A DNA stretch of 64,000 nt, taken from positions 6,498-70,497 of the forward strand of contig CAKSEI010000001.1 of NCBI GenBank assembly GCA_934446285.1, given 5' to 3'. The translations under genes and the position numbers were made by a program. Below are positions 34,288-47,921 of the stretch, piece after piece. This stretch comes from an uncultured Eubacteriales bacterium. Its GTDB lineage: Bacteria > Bacillota > Clostridia > Oscillospirales > CAG-272. The notes under the pieces are model-generated. The model did no database searches. It was not told the origin of the DNA and worked only from the letters and a program-made list of their open reading frames with translations. Numbering within the stretch: the stretch's first letter is position 1; the number at the start of each line of letters is the position of its first letter.

Positions 34288-36664
34288 TGTCTTTCTCCTT
34301 TTCGGGCGCGGGTGCGCCGGTTTTGTCATTTTTATCCGTATTTGTTTTATCGGTCTCGCTTTTCGACGTGTCGCCGTTCTCCACTATCGGAGGAACTACG
34401 TAGGTCTTTGACGGCGTTTTCGGCATCTCGGGGATGTCACGCCGCCGAGTGCGTGCGCGCCCTGCCTTTCCCGCCGAACCGTGCTTCTCGGGTACGGAGC
34501 TTTGCTCCGTCTGTGTCTGAGGCGGCACGGACTTTTCCTTTTTCTTCAGTGTGCCCTTTGCCTCTACGGGCGTGCGAGGCTGCGGAGCTGTCCTGCGCTT
34601 CTGCATTGCAGACAGGCGGATGAGCAGCACCGTAAGCAGCACCACAGCCGCGAGCAATATCCACATGACCGTCCTTACCGCCCTCTCGCCGGCATCGGGT
34701 CCGATCGGGAAAAGCTCGACTCCGCGTGCGTACAGGGTGAGTGCCGAGCCGTTCTCCGTTTTCGCGGATACGGTTATCTTCTCGATCTTATCTATCCCGT
34801 CAAGCGGGAAAGCAGCGTCTCGCCACTGCCCCGCGACAAGTGCCGACGTGCCGTAGAGAACCACCCTCTCGCCGTTCTTCGTGCCGACGAGGGTAAGGGT
34901 CAGCTCTGCCGCGTCGTCGGTGCACAGCGCCTTCAGCGTGAGCACCAATATATTATACTCCTCGCCTACAGCGAAAGCGTTAGTATAGCTTTTTATCATG
35001 CCGGAACTGTCCGCCTTGCCCTTTACGCAGAGGATTATTCCGTCCTGTCCCGCGACAAGGCTCGAGAGCGACTCGGTAGTCTTGTCGGCGATAAACTCAT
35101 AGCTTCCTCCGTCGGTAAAGTCGGCGATATATACGCCCTTATCCTTATTCGGTATACTGCCCGTGTACTCTCCTATGCGGGTGCGGTTGACAAAGACATC
35201 GGGAAAAAGCTCGCCCGATATCACCGCGAACTCGTCCTCTCCCACAAGCGTGCGCAGGCGCTCGGCTATGCCGTTCTCATCGGTATCCGCGAGCGTATTC
35301 AGCGCCTTATACGCGCTGCGTGCCGTGCCGTCCGCTCCGTAAAGCCCGACGGCTTTCCCCTCATCGGGGTCGCTCCACGCATTGTATATAAATGTGTTTA
35401 CCCCGTCGCAGGCGAGGGTCTGATAGTATGCGCAAAGAAGAGCCGCCTCCTGCGCATTGAGCGCCGCCACGGTATTCTCCGTGCACTCGGCGGTAAAGGT
35501 CATGGCAAGGTCGCGCACATAGCCCGAGCAGAGCATCCTCTCTTCCTTAAGTGCCGCCGCGACGTCACCTATATTGACGGCAAAATACTTATCCTGCGCG
35601 TCGCTCCTCCAGAAGTAATCCTCCCCTTCGGGGCTTGAGCCGTCCCACACTATTCCGAAAGGCACATCGGACAGCTCTTTACAAAGCTCGGTCATGTCGT
35701 CCATACCGTCCTGCCCGAGAGAAACATAAAGGGACGCTCCCGTATAGCCCGAGCGCAGAGCAGATGAGGTCAGTCTCACGAGAGATGCGTAGGCACTTAG
35801 CTCCGTGCTGCCGCGCGGCAAAATATAGCGTGAGACAAAGCCGTATGCCTTGTCCTCCCTGCCGTATCTGTCCGCGAGAAATTCCGTCAGTGCACTGTAC
35901 AGCTTAAGCGACTCTCCGTCCGAAATATCAAAATCTTCTCCCGACTCGGAGAAGAGCACCTGAGCGGCGCTCGACGCCGACTGCATATCTCCCGGATTTA
36001 TCTCAAGCCATACGGTGATATTCTTCTCGGACAGCGCACGCACGCGGTTATCAAGTGCGATGAGCGCCTCCTTATCCACGTGGTACACCCCGTCGGAGTA
36101 CTCTACCTTTGCCGCTCCGTCGGCACTCACTGCGACAAGCTCCGAGAGGTCAAGGGAGACTATCCCGTGCCCTATGCCCTCCTCCGGCTGCTTATCAGAC
36201 TCGGTGCGCACGCCTACGGAATTCTTCGGCGAAGGGGCAGAGCCCTTATTCTCCGTGAGCACGTCGGAGTTTTCTACGTAAGACGCGCTGCCGTGAGTGA
36301 TATATTTTCCGCCGTCAAGGCGCGCTATGGCAAATTTATCATACTTGCGCGTGCGGCTGCCGTCAGTTATATCAACGCTGAATGTCAGATTTGCATTGGC
36401 GACAAGCTCAGCCACGGGCGCCATACGGTCGATATCGGAAAACTTCTCATACGGGGCAAGCTCGAAAAGATATACCCCGCACGCTCCGTAGACGTTTAAA
36501 AAGTCCTCGGACAGCGTTGCCTCGACCGTAATCTCCTTTCCGTCGTCCGAAAGCTTTACCGAGGTTATTCTCGTCGTCCGCTCCTCGGCGCTGACCGGTA
36601 TAAACGTGCACAGCGTCATACACGCGCACAGCATTATAATTAAAAACTTCCTTGTATACTTCAT
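34280..36664 (-). CDS. Large secreted protein of unknown function with a C-terminal TM anchor and a basic/Pro-rich cytoplasmic tail
   Basis: 794 aa. Signal peptide ...CTFIPVSAEE, late TM WILLAAVVLLTVLLI, then a K/R/P/T-rich tail. Its stop overlaps the pepF start by 8 nt. No family was recognised. Confidence 0.6.
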   Translation of the reverse strand: MKYTRKFLIIMLCACMTLCTFIPVSAEERTTRITSVKLSDDGKEITVEATLSEDFLNVYGACGVYLFELAPYEKFSDIDRMAPVAELVANANLTFSVDITDGSRTRKYDKFAIARLDGGKYITHGSASYVENSDVLTENKGSAPSPKNSVGVRTESDKQPEEGIGHGIVSLDLSELVAVSADGAAKVEYSDGVYHVDKEALIALDNRVRALSEKNITVWLEINPGDMQSASSAAQVLFSESGEDFDISDGESLKLYSALTEFLADRYGREDKAYGFVSRYILPRGSTELSAYASLVRLTSSALRSGYTGASLYVSLGQDGMDDMTELCKELSDVPFGIVWDGSSPEGEDYFWRSDAQDKYFAVNIGDVAAALKEERMLCSGYVRDLAMTFTAECTENTVAALNAQEAALLCAYYQTLACDGVNTFIYNAWSDPDEGKAVGLYGADGTARSAYKALNTLADTDENGIAERLRTLVGEDEFAVISGELFPDVFVNRTRIGEYTGSIPNKDKGVYIADFTDGGSYEFIADKTTESLSSLVAGQDGIILCVKGKADSSGMIKSYTNAFAVGEEYNILVLTLKALCTDDAAELTLTLVGTKNGERVVLYGTSALVAGQWRDAAFPLDGIDKIEKITVSAKTENGSALTLYARGVELFPIGPDAGERAVRTVMWILLAAVVLLTVLLIRLSAMQKRRTAPQPRTPVEAKGTLKKKEKSVPPQTQTEQSSVPEKHGSAGKAGRARTRRRDIPEMPKTPSKTYVVPPIVENGDTSKSETDKTNTDKNDKTGAPAPEKEKDNE

Positions 36665-36819
36665 ATTAACTCGCCCTTATCTTCATTATGAGCCGATAAT
36701 ACGCTCAGCGGCTGCCTTTCCCAGGATATTTTTTTGACCATTATAACATATTTTCTTAACGTATGCAAGTACGGCGGCAGAAGTAAAAAAGCAAAACGCC
36801 GCAAGGGATTCACGGTCTC

Positions 36820-37467
36820 TTACGGCGTATTTCTGCTTTTTGCGCGCATTCTCTTTATAAACAGTGCCGCAAGGAGTACTATAGCCACTACCGCAGCGAC
36901 GCACAGCACCACGAGGTAGTAGCTTATATTCGGGAACATAAGCGCAAGGAAATAATAGAAAAATGTCATTATCACGCCGGCTGCCATAACTCCCGCAGCT
37001 ATGGGCGGCAGCGCCCTGCGCAGTCTCATATCCGTGAGAGCCGCGACAAGAGCGCCGGTCCACGCACCCGTACCCGGGAGAGGTACGGCGACAAAGATAA
37101 AAAGTCCCCACGTGCTGTACTTTTCTATTTTGCCTCGGTTTTTCTCGGCTTTTTTCTCGATCAGCTCTGCTATCCTCTCAAAAGGTCCTATGCGGCGCAT
37201 AAGGGTGAGGATTTTCCTTATAAATATGATAATAAACGGTACGGGAAGAACATTCCCGAGCACGGCGGCTATATATGTGACGAGCCACGGCAGATTATTC
37301 GCAGGTCCGAACGCGATAGCGCCGCGCAGCTCGAGCACGGGTATCATCGACGTAAGAAAAACCTGCGCAACCTCACGAAATCCGTACCAGTCCGCCTCGA
37401 TAATGTTTTTTACTATATATTCCGGTATATAATTAAAAACGTTTTTCATACGAAAGTATTTTACCAT
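36820..37467 (-). CDS. Putative small multidrug-export family membrane protein (Sm_multidrug_ex-like)
   Basis: IPVLELRGAIAFGP...LGNVLPVPFIIIF resembles the PF06695 signature. It has four to five TM helices. The start codon is uncertain. Confidence 0.6.
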   Translation of the reverse strand: MVKYFRMKNVFNYIPEYIVKNIIEADWYGFREVAQVFLTSMIPVLELRGAIAFGPANNLPWLVTYIAAVLGNVLPVPFIIIFIRKILTLMRRIGPFERIAELIEKKAEKNRGKIEKYSTWGLFIFVAVPLPGTGAWTGALVAALTDMRLRRALPPIAAGVMAAGVIMTFFYYFLALMFPNISYYLVVLCVAAVVAIVLLAALFIKRMRAKSRNTP

Positions 37468-37495
37468 TTTTTATCATTGCTGTCAATGGCGTTTT

Positions 37496-38077
37496 TTATA
37501 ATTTAAGCACCTTTTTAAGTCTCTTATACAGTACAAAGGTTATACCGCTGCATATAAGTCCCTTTGCCACCGTGAACGGCACATTGAAAATGAGAAGAGC
37601 GGCCGGGATGCTCTTTACAGCCGGGATAATCGCCTGATACGCTGCAAGCACCGCACTTTCGGGCGCGAATATCACGTAGTAGACGGGATAAACGATAAAG
37701 CAGTTGAGCGGCAGACTCGCAGCTCCCATGGCAAGAGAGCCTGTGAGCATGGCAATAAGCGCTCCGCGCTTTGTTCTCTTTCTCCTGTAGCAGATATCCG
37801 ACACGACGCACAGAACCGTTCCGAGCAGGAAGTTTGACAGCTCCCCGACCCCGCCCGATGATGAATCGATTAAGTGCAGCAGATTTTTTATAAGGCAGAC
37901 GCATATTCCCGCGGGCGAGCCGAGCATAAATGTCGCGAGCAGCTCGGGCAGGTCGGAAAAATCCATCTTAATAAACGGCGGTATGAGCATGGGCAGCGGA
38001 AATTCGAAAAACTGAAGTACGAACGCCACTGCGGAAAACATTGCTATGATAAGCAGATTTTTTAGTTTCTTATTCAT
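37496..38077 (-). CDS. ribU: ECF-transporter S component, riboflavin (RibU/FmnP type)
   Basis: 193 aa with six TM helices. IKMDFSDLPELLATFMLGSPAGICVCLIKNLLHLI is typical of RibU. It is preceded by an FMN riboswitch. Confidence 0.8.
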   Translation of the reverse strand: MNKKLKNLLIIAMFSAVAFVLQFFEFPLPMLIPPFIKMDFSDLPELLATFMLGSPAGICVCLIKNLLHLIDSSSGGVGELSNFLLGTVLCVVSDICYRRKRTKRGALIAMLTGSLAMGAASLPLNCFIVYPVYYVIFAPESAVLAAYQAIIPAVKSIPAALLIFNVPFTVAKGLICSGITFVLYKRLKKVLKL

Positions 38078-38113
38078 TGTTTCTCTCCTGTACTTAAGAA
38101 AAAAATTATGCGG

Positions 38114-38150
38114 AGAAAAAACAGTCCCCCTTGTAAATATACAAGGGGGA
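38114..38150 (-). terminator. FMN riboswitch terminator (expression platform)
   Basis: Minus strand: CCCCCTTGT-ATATTT-ACAAGGGGG followed by ACTGTTTTTT. Confidence 0.7.
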
Positions 38151-38164
38151 AGGTATAAAAATGC

Positions 38165-38315
38165 CTGTAACTGCTCTTTCTTCTCTCATCCGGACTGTAC
38201 CGTCGGTACGGGATTTTCACCCGTTCGGCTCTGCCCTCCTCGGCAGAGTTTGCGGACTCGGGCACTCGCGCCCTCACCGCCGGTGTGGAATTTCACCACC
38301 CCTTGAAGAATATAA
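38165..38315 (-). promoter_or_regulatory. FMN riboswitch (RFN element)
   Basis: The minus-strand RNA contains AAGGGGUGGUGAAAUUCCACACCGGCGGUGAGG...GCGAGUGCC...CCGAACGGGUGAAAAUCCCGUACCGACGGUACAGUCCGGAUGAGAGAAGAAAGA. These are the conserved RFN blocks. Confidence 0.85.
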
Positions 38316-38321
38316 GTCATC

Positions 38322-38347
38322 ATACCCATGCCATACGGCATGGGTAT
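38322..38347 (-). terminator. Hairpin after tuf (putative terminator)
   Basis: ATACCCATGCC-loop-GGCATGGGTAT, an 11-bp stem. The U-tract is weak. Confidence 0.5.
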
Positions 38348-38363
38348 GAATCGTATTAATTAA

Positions 38364-39569
38364 TTACTCGATGATATCAACAACGACGCCCGAGCCTACG
38401 GTTCTGCCGCCCTCGCGGATAGCGAAGCGGAGACCCTTCTCGATAGCGATAGGTGTGATAAGCTCAACGGTCATATCGACGTTGTCGCCGGGGCGGCACA
38501 TCTCAACTCCGTCGGGAAGGCTGATAGAACCGGTAACGTCGGTAGTTCTGAAGTAGAACTGCGGACGGTAGCCAGCGAAGAACGGCTTCTGACGTCCGCC
38601 CTCCTTCTCGGTGAGGACGTAAACCTGACCTACGAACTTGGTGTGAGGATGGATAGAACCGGGCTTGCAGAGAACCTGTCCTCTCTCAATCTCGTTCTTC
38701 TGGATACCGCGGAGAAGTGCGCCGATGTTGTCGCCTGCCTCTGCGTAGTCCATCATCTTGTGGAACATCTCGATACCGGTGATAACGGTGGTCTTCTTCT
38801 CATCGGAAAGACCTACTATCTCAACGGTGTCGCTCATCTTCAGAGTACCTCTCTCAACTCTACCGGTAGCAACAGTACCACGGCCGGAGATGGAGAATAC
38901 ATCCTCGACAGGCATAAGGAAGTCAAGGTCGCTCTTTCTGTCGGGAGTAGGAATGTACTCGTCAACAGCGTCCATAAGCTCAAAGATAGGAGCATATACG
39001 GGATCCGACGGATCCTTGGAGTCGGAGAGAAGAGCCTCTCTTGCCGAACCGCGGATAATCGGTACATCGTCGCCCGGGAAGTCGTACTGAGAAAGGAGGT
39101 CACGGATCTCCATCTCAACGAGGTCAAGCAGCTCAGCGTCGTCAACAAGATCGGTCTTGTTCATGAAGACAACGATTGCGGGAACGCCGACCTGACGTGC
39201 GAGAAGCACGTGCTCACGGGTCTGCTGAAGAGGTCCGTCAGTACCTGCAACGACGAGGATAGCGCCGTCCATCTGTGCTGCACCAGTGATCATGTTCTTG
39301 ACGTAGTCAGCGTGGCCGGGGCAGTCAACATGAGCGTAGTGACGCTTGTCAGTCTCGTACTCAACGTGACGGGTGTTGATGGTAATACCTCTTTCTCTCT
39401 CCTCCGGTGCGTTATCGATCTGGTCATATGCCATGAATTCGACGTTGCCGTCCTTGAGTGCGAGAGTCTTGGTAATAGCAGCGGTAAGAGTGGTCTTACC
39501 GTGGTCAACGTGACCGATAGTACCAATGTTTACATGCGGCTTTGTTCTTTCAAATTTTGCCTTTGCCAT
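38364..39569 (-). CDS. tuf: Elongation factor Tu
   Basis: 401 aa, [28 protein letters not shown]... Confidence 0.97.
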   Translation of the reverse strand: MAKAKFERTKPHVNIGTIGHVDHGKTTLTAAITKTLALKDGNVEFMAYDQIDNAPEERERGITINTRHVEYETDKRHYAHVDCPGHADYVKNMITGAAQMDGAILVVAGTDGPLQQTREHVLLARQVGVPAIVVFMNKTDLVDDAELLDLVEMEIRDLLSQYDFPGDDVPIIRGSAREALLSDSKDPSDPVYAPIFELMDAVDEYIPTPDRKSDLDFLMPVEDVFSISGRGTVATGRVERGTLKMSDTVEIVGLSDEKKTTVITGIEMFHKMMDYAEAGDNIGALLRGIQKNEIERGQVLCKPGSIHPHTKFVGQVYVLTEKEGGRQKPFFAGYRPQFYFRTTDVTGSISLPDGVEMCRPGDNVDMTVELITPIAIEKGLRFAIREGGRTVGSGVVVDIIE

Positions 39570-39601
39570 TGTTATTTCCTCCTGAAATTTATCAAAAATT
39601 T

Positions 39602-41704
<2,103 letters not shown>

Positions 41705-41722
41705 TCAAATGCTCCCCTGTCA

Positions 41723-42193
41723 TCAATATCTGTAGTGTGCAAAAGCCTTGTTTGCCTCTGCCATTCTGTGTGTTTCTTCTTTCTTTTTAACTGCTCCGCC
41801 CATATTGTTGAGAGCGTCGCAGATCTCACCTGCAAGTCTCTCTGCCATGGTGCGCTCGCTTCTCGCGCGCGAATAGGTGCGCAGCCAGCGCAGACCGAGG
41901 GTCTGACGGCGTGCGGGTCTTACCTCCATGGGGACCTGATAGGTCGAACCGCCGAGACGGCGTGCCTTTACCTCAAGGGTAGGCATGATGTTGTTGAGCG
42001 CCTCCTGGAATGCTTCCAGTGCGTTCTTGCCGGACTTTGCCTCTACTATTGCAAAGGCGTCGTAAACTATCTTCTGCGCAACTCCCTTTTTGCCGTCAAG
42101 CATCATATTGTTTATGAGCTTTGTGACCAGCTCGGAGTTATACATAGGATCCGGCAGAATCTCTCTTTTGGAAATTTGGCCTCTTCTTGGCAT
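41723..42193 (-). CDS. rpsG: 30S ribosomal protein S7
   Basis: 156 aa, typical S7. Confidence 0.97.
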   Translation of the reverse strand: MPRRGQISKREILPDPMYNSELVTKLINNMMLDGKKGVAQKIVYDAFAIVEAKSGKNALEAFQEALNNIMPTLEVKARRLGGSTYQVPMEVRPARRQTLGLRWLRTYSRARSERTMAERLAGEICDALNNMGGAVKKKEETHRMAEANKAFAHYRY

Positions 42194-42337
42194 GATAACT
42201 TCCCTCCTTCATAAAGTATGAATCTCATAGGTACTCGATTTTACTCGCTTATGCAAAGAACAGACCTTCATAAACTTCATATCGGTAAAGAAGGATGTCT
42301 TTGTTGCAAAAACGATGTTGAGTCTTTGTGCCCGCGA

Positions 42338-42751
42338 TTATTTCTTCGGGCGCTTTGCGCCGTACTTGGAACGGCCCTGCTTACGGTCGGCAACGCCCTG
42401 AGTATCAAGCGTACCGCGTATGATGTGATAACGTACACCGGGCAGGTCACGTACACGTCCGCCTCTGATAAGAACAACGGAGTGCTCCTGCAGGTTGTGT
42501 CCGATACCGGGAATGTAGGTCGTAGCCTCCATGCCGTTGGTGAGACGCACTCTCGCTATCTTACGCATAGCGGAGTTAGGCTTCTTCGGGTTTATTGTCG
42601 TAACCTTCGTGCATACGCCTCTCTTCTGAGGTGCGCTCTGCTTGATTGTTTCATTCTTAAGAGTGTTGAAACCCTTCTGAAGCACGGGAGCCTTACTCTT
42701 GTAGACTCTGTCCTGTCTGCCGCTGCGAACAAGCTGGTTAAATGTCGGCAT
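42338..42751 (-). CDS. rpsL: 30S ribosomal protein S12
   Basis: 137 aa, [10 protein letters not shown]...[10 protein letters not shown]... Confidence 0.97.
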   Translation of the reverse strand: MPTFNQLVRSGRQDRVYKSKAPVLQKGFNTLKNETIKQSAPQKRGVCTKVTTINPKKPNSAMRKIARVRLTNGMEATTYIPGIGHNLQEHSVVLIRGGRVRDLPGVRYHIIRGTLDTQGVADRKQGRSKYGAKRPKK

Positions 42752-42829
42752 TCTTTTTTCCTCCTTCTTTGCTGATATAAAGTTTATTGCCGCAAAACGG
42801 CATAGTTATGCCTATAAAGCGACGTCTAT

Positions 42830-42858
42830 ATTATATCAAAGGGTTTTGGTTTTGTCAA
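42830..42858 (-). promoter_or_regulatory. str-operon promoter (consensus SigA)
   Basis: Minus strand: TTGACA (42858-42853), a 17-nt spacer, then TATAAT (42835-42830). Confidence 0.65.
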
Positions 42859-42940
42859 CACATAGCGGGAAAAAAGTGCCGCGGCGCCGGGGTGCGGGCG
42901 CTTTTTTGCCGCCGTATCCGCGCTTTTTGCACGCGCGCGC

Positions 42941-42969
42941 TTGTAAAGCCGGTAAATGTATGGTATAAT
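42941..42969 (+). promoter_or_regulatory. gpmI promoter
   Basis: TTGTAA, a 17-nt spacer, then TGgTATAAT. Confidence 0.5.
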
Positions 42970-43011
42970 ATAATGTAAAAAATTTCTCATACCCTACAGG
43001 AGATGATAAGC

Positions 43012-44661
<1,650 letters not shown>

Positions 44662-44746
44662 AGCCCCGCGCCCGGAATGAGCTATGCTCCTCCCGGGCGT
44701 AACGGCGTCTTTGACTTTCGGAAATAAATAAAGGAAACTATACATA

Positions 44747-46159
44747 ATGGAAAAGTTTTTTAAATTAAAAGAAAACGGTACAACCGTCCGCACGGAGATA
44801 ATCGCGGGCGTTACGACATTCATGGCGATGGCGTACATCCTCATGGTCAACCCCGGAATGTTCTCCGAGCTCGGCGTTGTATCCTACGGCGCTATCTATA
44901 TAGCTACGGCTGTCTCTGCCGTCATAGGCTCGATGCTCATAGGGCTGCTCGCCAACCTGCCGCTCGCTCAGGCATCCGGCATGGGTCTCAACGCTTTCTT
45001 CGTATACACCGTATGCTTCGGATTGGGCTTCTCTTATGCGAACGCCCTGCTCTTTGTCCTCGCCGACGGAATTTGCTTCGTGCTGCTCACCGTCACGGGA
45101 CTGCGCACAAAGATTTTTGATGCTATCCCGCGCAGGGTAAAGAAGATTATCCCCGCCGGAATAGGTCTTTTCATCGCATTTCTCGGCTTTCAGGACGCGG
45201 GAATCGTCGTGAACAATTCCTCCACCTGCGTAAGCCTCGCGTCATTCAACCTGCTCGGCTCGGCTACGTGGGCGAGCGTAATGCCCATGCTCGTTACGGT
45301 CTTCACCCTCATATGCATAGCCGTTCTCTCAAAGAAGGGCGTAAAGGGCGCAATCCTCTGGAGCATTCTCGGCGGAACTGTCGTTTACTATCTGCTCGGG
45401 CTGACCGTGAACGGATTTTACGTCGGATTTATGGACGGCAAGTCCTTAAATCCCTTTGCCGCATTTGCCGACTTCGGCTCGCTGTCCTTCGGCAAGGTGT
45501 TTACCGAGGGCTTTGACTTCTCCGCATATCTTGCAGTCGAGGGACACACGGTCGGCGGGCTTGTGATTGCATTCATCACGACTGCCCTTGCATTCTGCAT
45601 GGTCGATATGTTTGATACCATGGGCACGCTCTACGGCGCTTGCCGCGGCGGAAATATGCTCATAAAGAACGAAAAGGGCGAGGAGGAAGTGCCGAATATG
45701 AACCGCGCCATGCTCGCGGACGCTATCGCAACCTGCACGGGCGCGGTATGCGGTACTTCGACCGTCACGACCTTCGTTGAGTCGTCCGCAGGTGTTGCTG
45801 CCGGCGGCAGAACCGGTCTTGCCGCGCTCGTCACCTCGGCTCTCTTCTTTGTCGCCATGTTCCTCTCGCCCATCGCCGCTCTCATCCCCGCATGCGCTTA
45901 CGCCGCAGCGCTCATTTACGTCGGTATACTCATGATGGGCTGCGTAAAGGACATTCAGTGGGACAACCCGTCGGTTGCCGTTCCCTCGTTCCTCACGCTC
46001 GTCGTCATGCCGTTTACCTACAATATATCCTACGGTATAGCCTTCGGCCTTATCTCGTATGTCGCGATAAAGCTTTTCACGGGCAAGGTGAAGGACATAA
46101 AGGTCGGTACGTGGGTCATAACACTGCTCTTTACGGCAATGTTCTTCTTAACGCATTAA
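44747..46159 (+). CDS. NCS2/AzgA-family purine (adenine/guanine/hypoxanthine) permease
   Basis: 470 aa, MEKFFKLKENGTTVRTEIIAGVTTFMAMAYILMVNP... Confidence 0.85.
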   Translation: MEKFFKLKENGTTVRTEIIAGVTTFMAMAYILMVNPGMFSELGVVSYGAIYIATAVSAVIGSMLIGLLANLPLAQASGMGLNAFFVYTVCFGLGFSYANALLFVLADGICFVLLTVTGLRTKIFDAIPRRVKKIIPAGIGLFIAFLGFQDAGIVVNNSSTCVSLASFNLLGSATWASVMPMLVTVFTLICIAVLSKKGVKGAILWSILGGTVVYYLLGLTVNGFYVGFMDGKSLNPFAAFADFGSLSFGKVFTEGFDFSAYLAVEGHTVGGLVIAFITTALAFCMVDMFDTMGTLYGACRGGNMLIKNEKGEEEVPNMNRAMLADAIATCTGAVCGTSTVTTFVESSAGVAAGGRTGLAALVTSALFFVAMFLSPIAALIPACAYAAALIYVGILMMGCVKDIQWDNPSVAVPSFLTLVVMPFTYNISYGIAFGLISYVAIKLFTGKVKDIKVGTWVITLLFTAMFFLTH

Positions 46160-46189
46160 AAAAAACGGCATTACCATACGTAATCCGAC

Positions 46190-46490
46190 TCAGGAGAAGC
46201 TCTCTGCGAGGGCTTCTCTTTTGCTTTTTGCGTCGCTTTTTCACGAAAAAACTCGGCAAAAACTTTTAATAAGGGGGCAAGCGAATGCGTTCCATATACT
46301 AAAGCTTTTGCGTCGCTTTTCACGAAAAGCGACCGGCAGCGATTAAAGGCTCTGCCTTTAAAATCCGGCAGCTTTCCCGAAAAAAGCTGCGCAAAAACTT
46401 CTAATAAGGGGTTAAGCTAACCTCTTTCTTATACAAAAGTTTTTGCCAAGCTTTTTACAAAAAGCTTGTGACGACAAAAAGCTCTTGAAA
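46190..46490 (-). repeat. Mosaic repeat, copy C (inverted orientation)
   Basis: It has the same modules (GCGTCGCTTTTCACGAAAAGCGACCGGCAGCGATTAAAGGCTCTGCCTTTAAAATCCGGCAGC...) plus the AGGAGAAGC...GCTTCTC hairpin at 46193-46219. Confidence 0.7.
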
Positions 46491-46544
46491 AATGAGTCGC
46501 CGTATAGTATAATTATTTTGAATTTAATGAATCGAGGTTTAACC

Positions 46545-47921
46545 ATGCCGAGTACATTCAGGGGCGGTATTCACCCGGAGGGATATAAAAACGCGCGGCA
46601 CTCGCAGATAAGGCGTATGCCGGCGGGTGCGAGGCTGACCATTCCCCTGCTTCAGGGCGAGGGCGCGGAGGCACTGCCGACGGTCACGGTCGGTCAGAGC
46701 GTCACTATGGGTCAGGTCATAGCCGACGTGCCGCGAGGTGCGCTCGGATGTCCCGTCCACGCGAGCGTCTCGGGCGTCGTCTCGGGGCTTACGGAGTACA
46801 TCGACCCGCTCGGCAGGAAAACCGCCGCAATAGAAATAGACAACGACGGGAAGTATACCCCCTGTCCCGATAACGAACCGTATACCGCCTCTCTTGCCGA
46901 GGCTTCTCCAGAGAGTATAGCGGAGCTTATCCGCTGTGCGGGGATTGTCGGCATGGGCGGCGCGGGCTATCCGACCTACGCAAAGACACTTGACGCACGC
47001 GGCAAGGCAAGTCTGCTCGTAATCAACTGCGCGGAGAGCGAGCCTTTTCTCTCCTCCGACCACAGACTGCTCGTAGAGAACCCCGCCTCGGTAATAAACG
47101 GCGCGAAAATTCTCCTGCGTGCGACGGGGATAAAAAAGGCCTTTATAGCCATAGAGGACAACAAGCTCGACGCGGCGAACAAGCTCGAGGTTCTGCTCGC
47201 CGATGACAGCATGATAAGCGTACGCGTGCTGCGCGCGAAATACCCTCAGGGAGACGAAAGGCGGCTTGTGGGCGTACTCACGGGCAGAGAAATACCGACA
47301 GGCGGCAATCCGACCGACGTCGGTTGCGTCGTTTACAATGCGCAGACCTGCGCTGCGGTATATAACGCATTCGCCCACGGCACTCCCGTCACATCGAGAA
47401 TAGTGACGGTTGACGGGGACTGCATTTCATCCCCGCGCAACGTCCTCGTGCCAATCGGAACGCACATAGGCGAGCTTATTGCTTTCTGCGGCAAGCTGCG
47501 CCGCGACGCGAAAAAGATAATCCTCGGCGGACCTATGACGGGTACCGCCGTCGGAAACACCGACTTTCCCGTTACAAAGACCGTGTCCGGCGTCACCGTC
47601 CTATCGGAAAAGCTCTGTCCCGAGATACCCGAGCACGCCGCATGCATACGCTGCGGCAGGTGCGTCGCGGCTTGTCCCGAGCACCTCATGCCCCTGTATC
47701 TCGCGCGCAGTGCAAAGGCGGGTGACCTGCGAGGATGCGAAAAATACCGTATATCCGCCTGCACGGAGTGCGGCAGCTGCACTTATATATGCCCCGGCGG
47801 CGTGCAGATTGTTTCTCTTATACACGGAGCAAAGGAAAAAATGAAGTCAGACGCTCGTGAAAAGAGCATATCCGACAATAAAGACAATGAAAATACGGAG
47901 GCAGAGAGCAATGGACAGTAA
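46545..47921 (+). CDS. rnfC: Rnf complex subunit C-like (NADH-binding, 2x[4Fe-4S])
   Basis: MPSTFRGGIHPEGYK, GMGGAGYPTYAK, CIRCGRCVAACP and CTECGSCTYICP motifs. The start at 46545 has a GAGG RBS. Confidence 0.85.
   Translation: MPSTFRGGIHPEGYKNARHSQIRRMPAGARLTIPLLQGEGAEALPTVTVGQSVTMGQVIADVPRGALGCPVHASVSGVVSGLTEYIDPLGRKTAAIEIDNDGKYTPCPDNEPYTASLAEASPESIAELIRCAGIVGMGGAGYPTYAKTLDARGKASLLVINCAESEPFLSSDHRLLVENPASVINGAKILLRATGIKKAFIAIEDNKLDAANKLEVLLADDSMISVRVLRAKYPQGDERRLVGVLTGREIPTGGNPTDVGCVVYNAQTCAAVYNAFAHGTPVTSRIVTVDGDCISSPRNVLVPIGTHIGELIAFCGKLRRDAKKIILGGPMTGTAVGNTDFPVTKTVSGVTVLSEKLCPEIPEHAACIRCGRCVAACPEHLMPLYLARSAKAGDLRGCEKYRISACTECGSCTYICPGGVQIVSLIHGAKEKMKSDAREKSISDNKDNENTEAESNGQ

Noticed and set aside
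34481-35638. A 385-aa plus-strand ORF. Similar long antisense ORFs occur at 40610-41689, 38643-39605, 26464-27372, 46539-47378, 62358-62990, 55720-56361 and 29886-30638.
   Set aside because: All are antisense to genes with unambiguous identity (fusA, tuf, pnp, rnfC, map, mscS) or clear protein features. Their Arg/Leu/Val/His-rich composition is typical of shadow ORFs in high-GC coding DNA.
36686-37111. A 141-aa minus-strand ORF overlapping the 3' part of the small-export-protein gene in another frame.
   Set aside because: It is Gly/Arg/Cys-rich and improbable. It overlaps a frame with clear TM-helix periodicity and a family motif.
42338-42751. An apparent ~13-aa insertion in S12 ([20 protein letters not shown]) relative to E. 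coli.
   Set aside because: The same insertion is normal for Firmicute S12, for example B. subtilis ...[21 protein letters not shown].
44662-44746. Looked for a purine (guanine/adenine) riboswitch upstream of the NCS2 purine permease.
   Set aside because: There are only 85 nt of spacer. It has no three-way junction or conserved loop motifs, only a GC hairpin that probably terminates gpmI.
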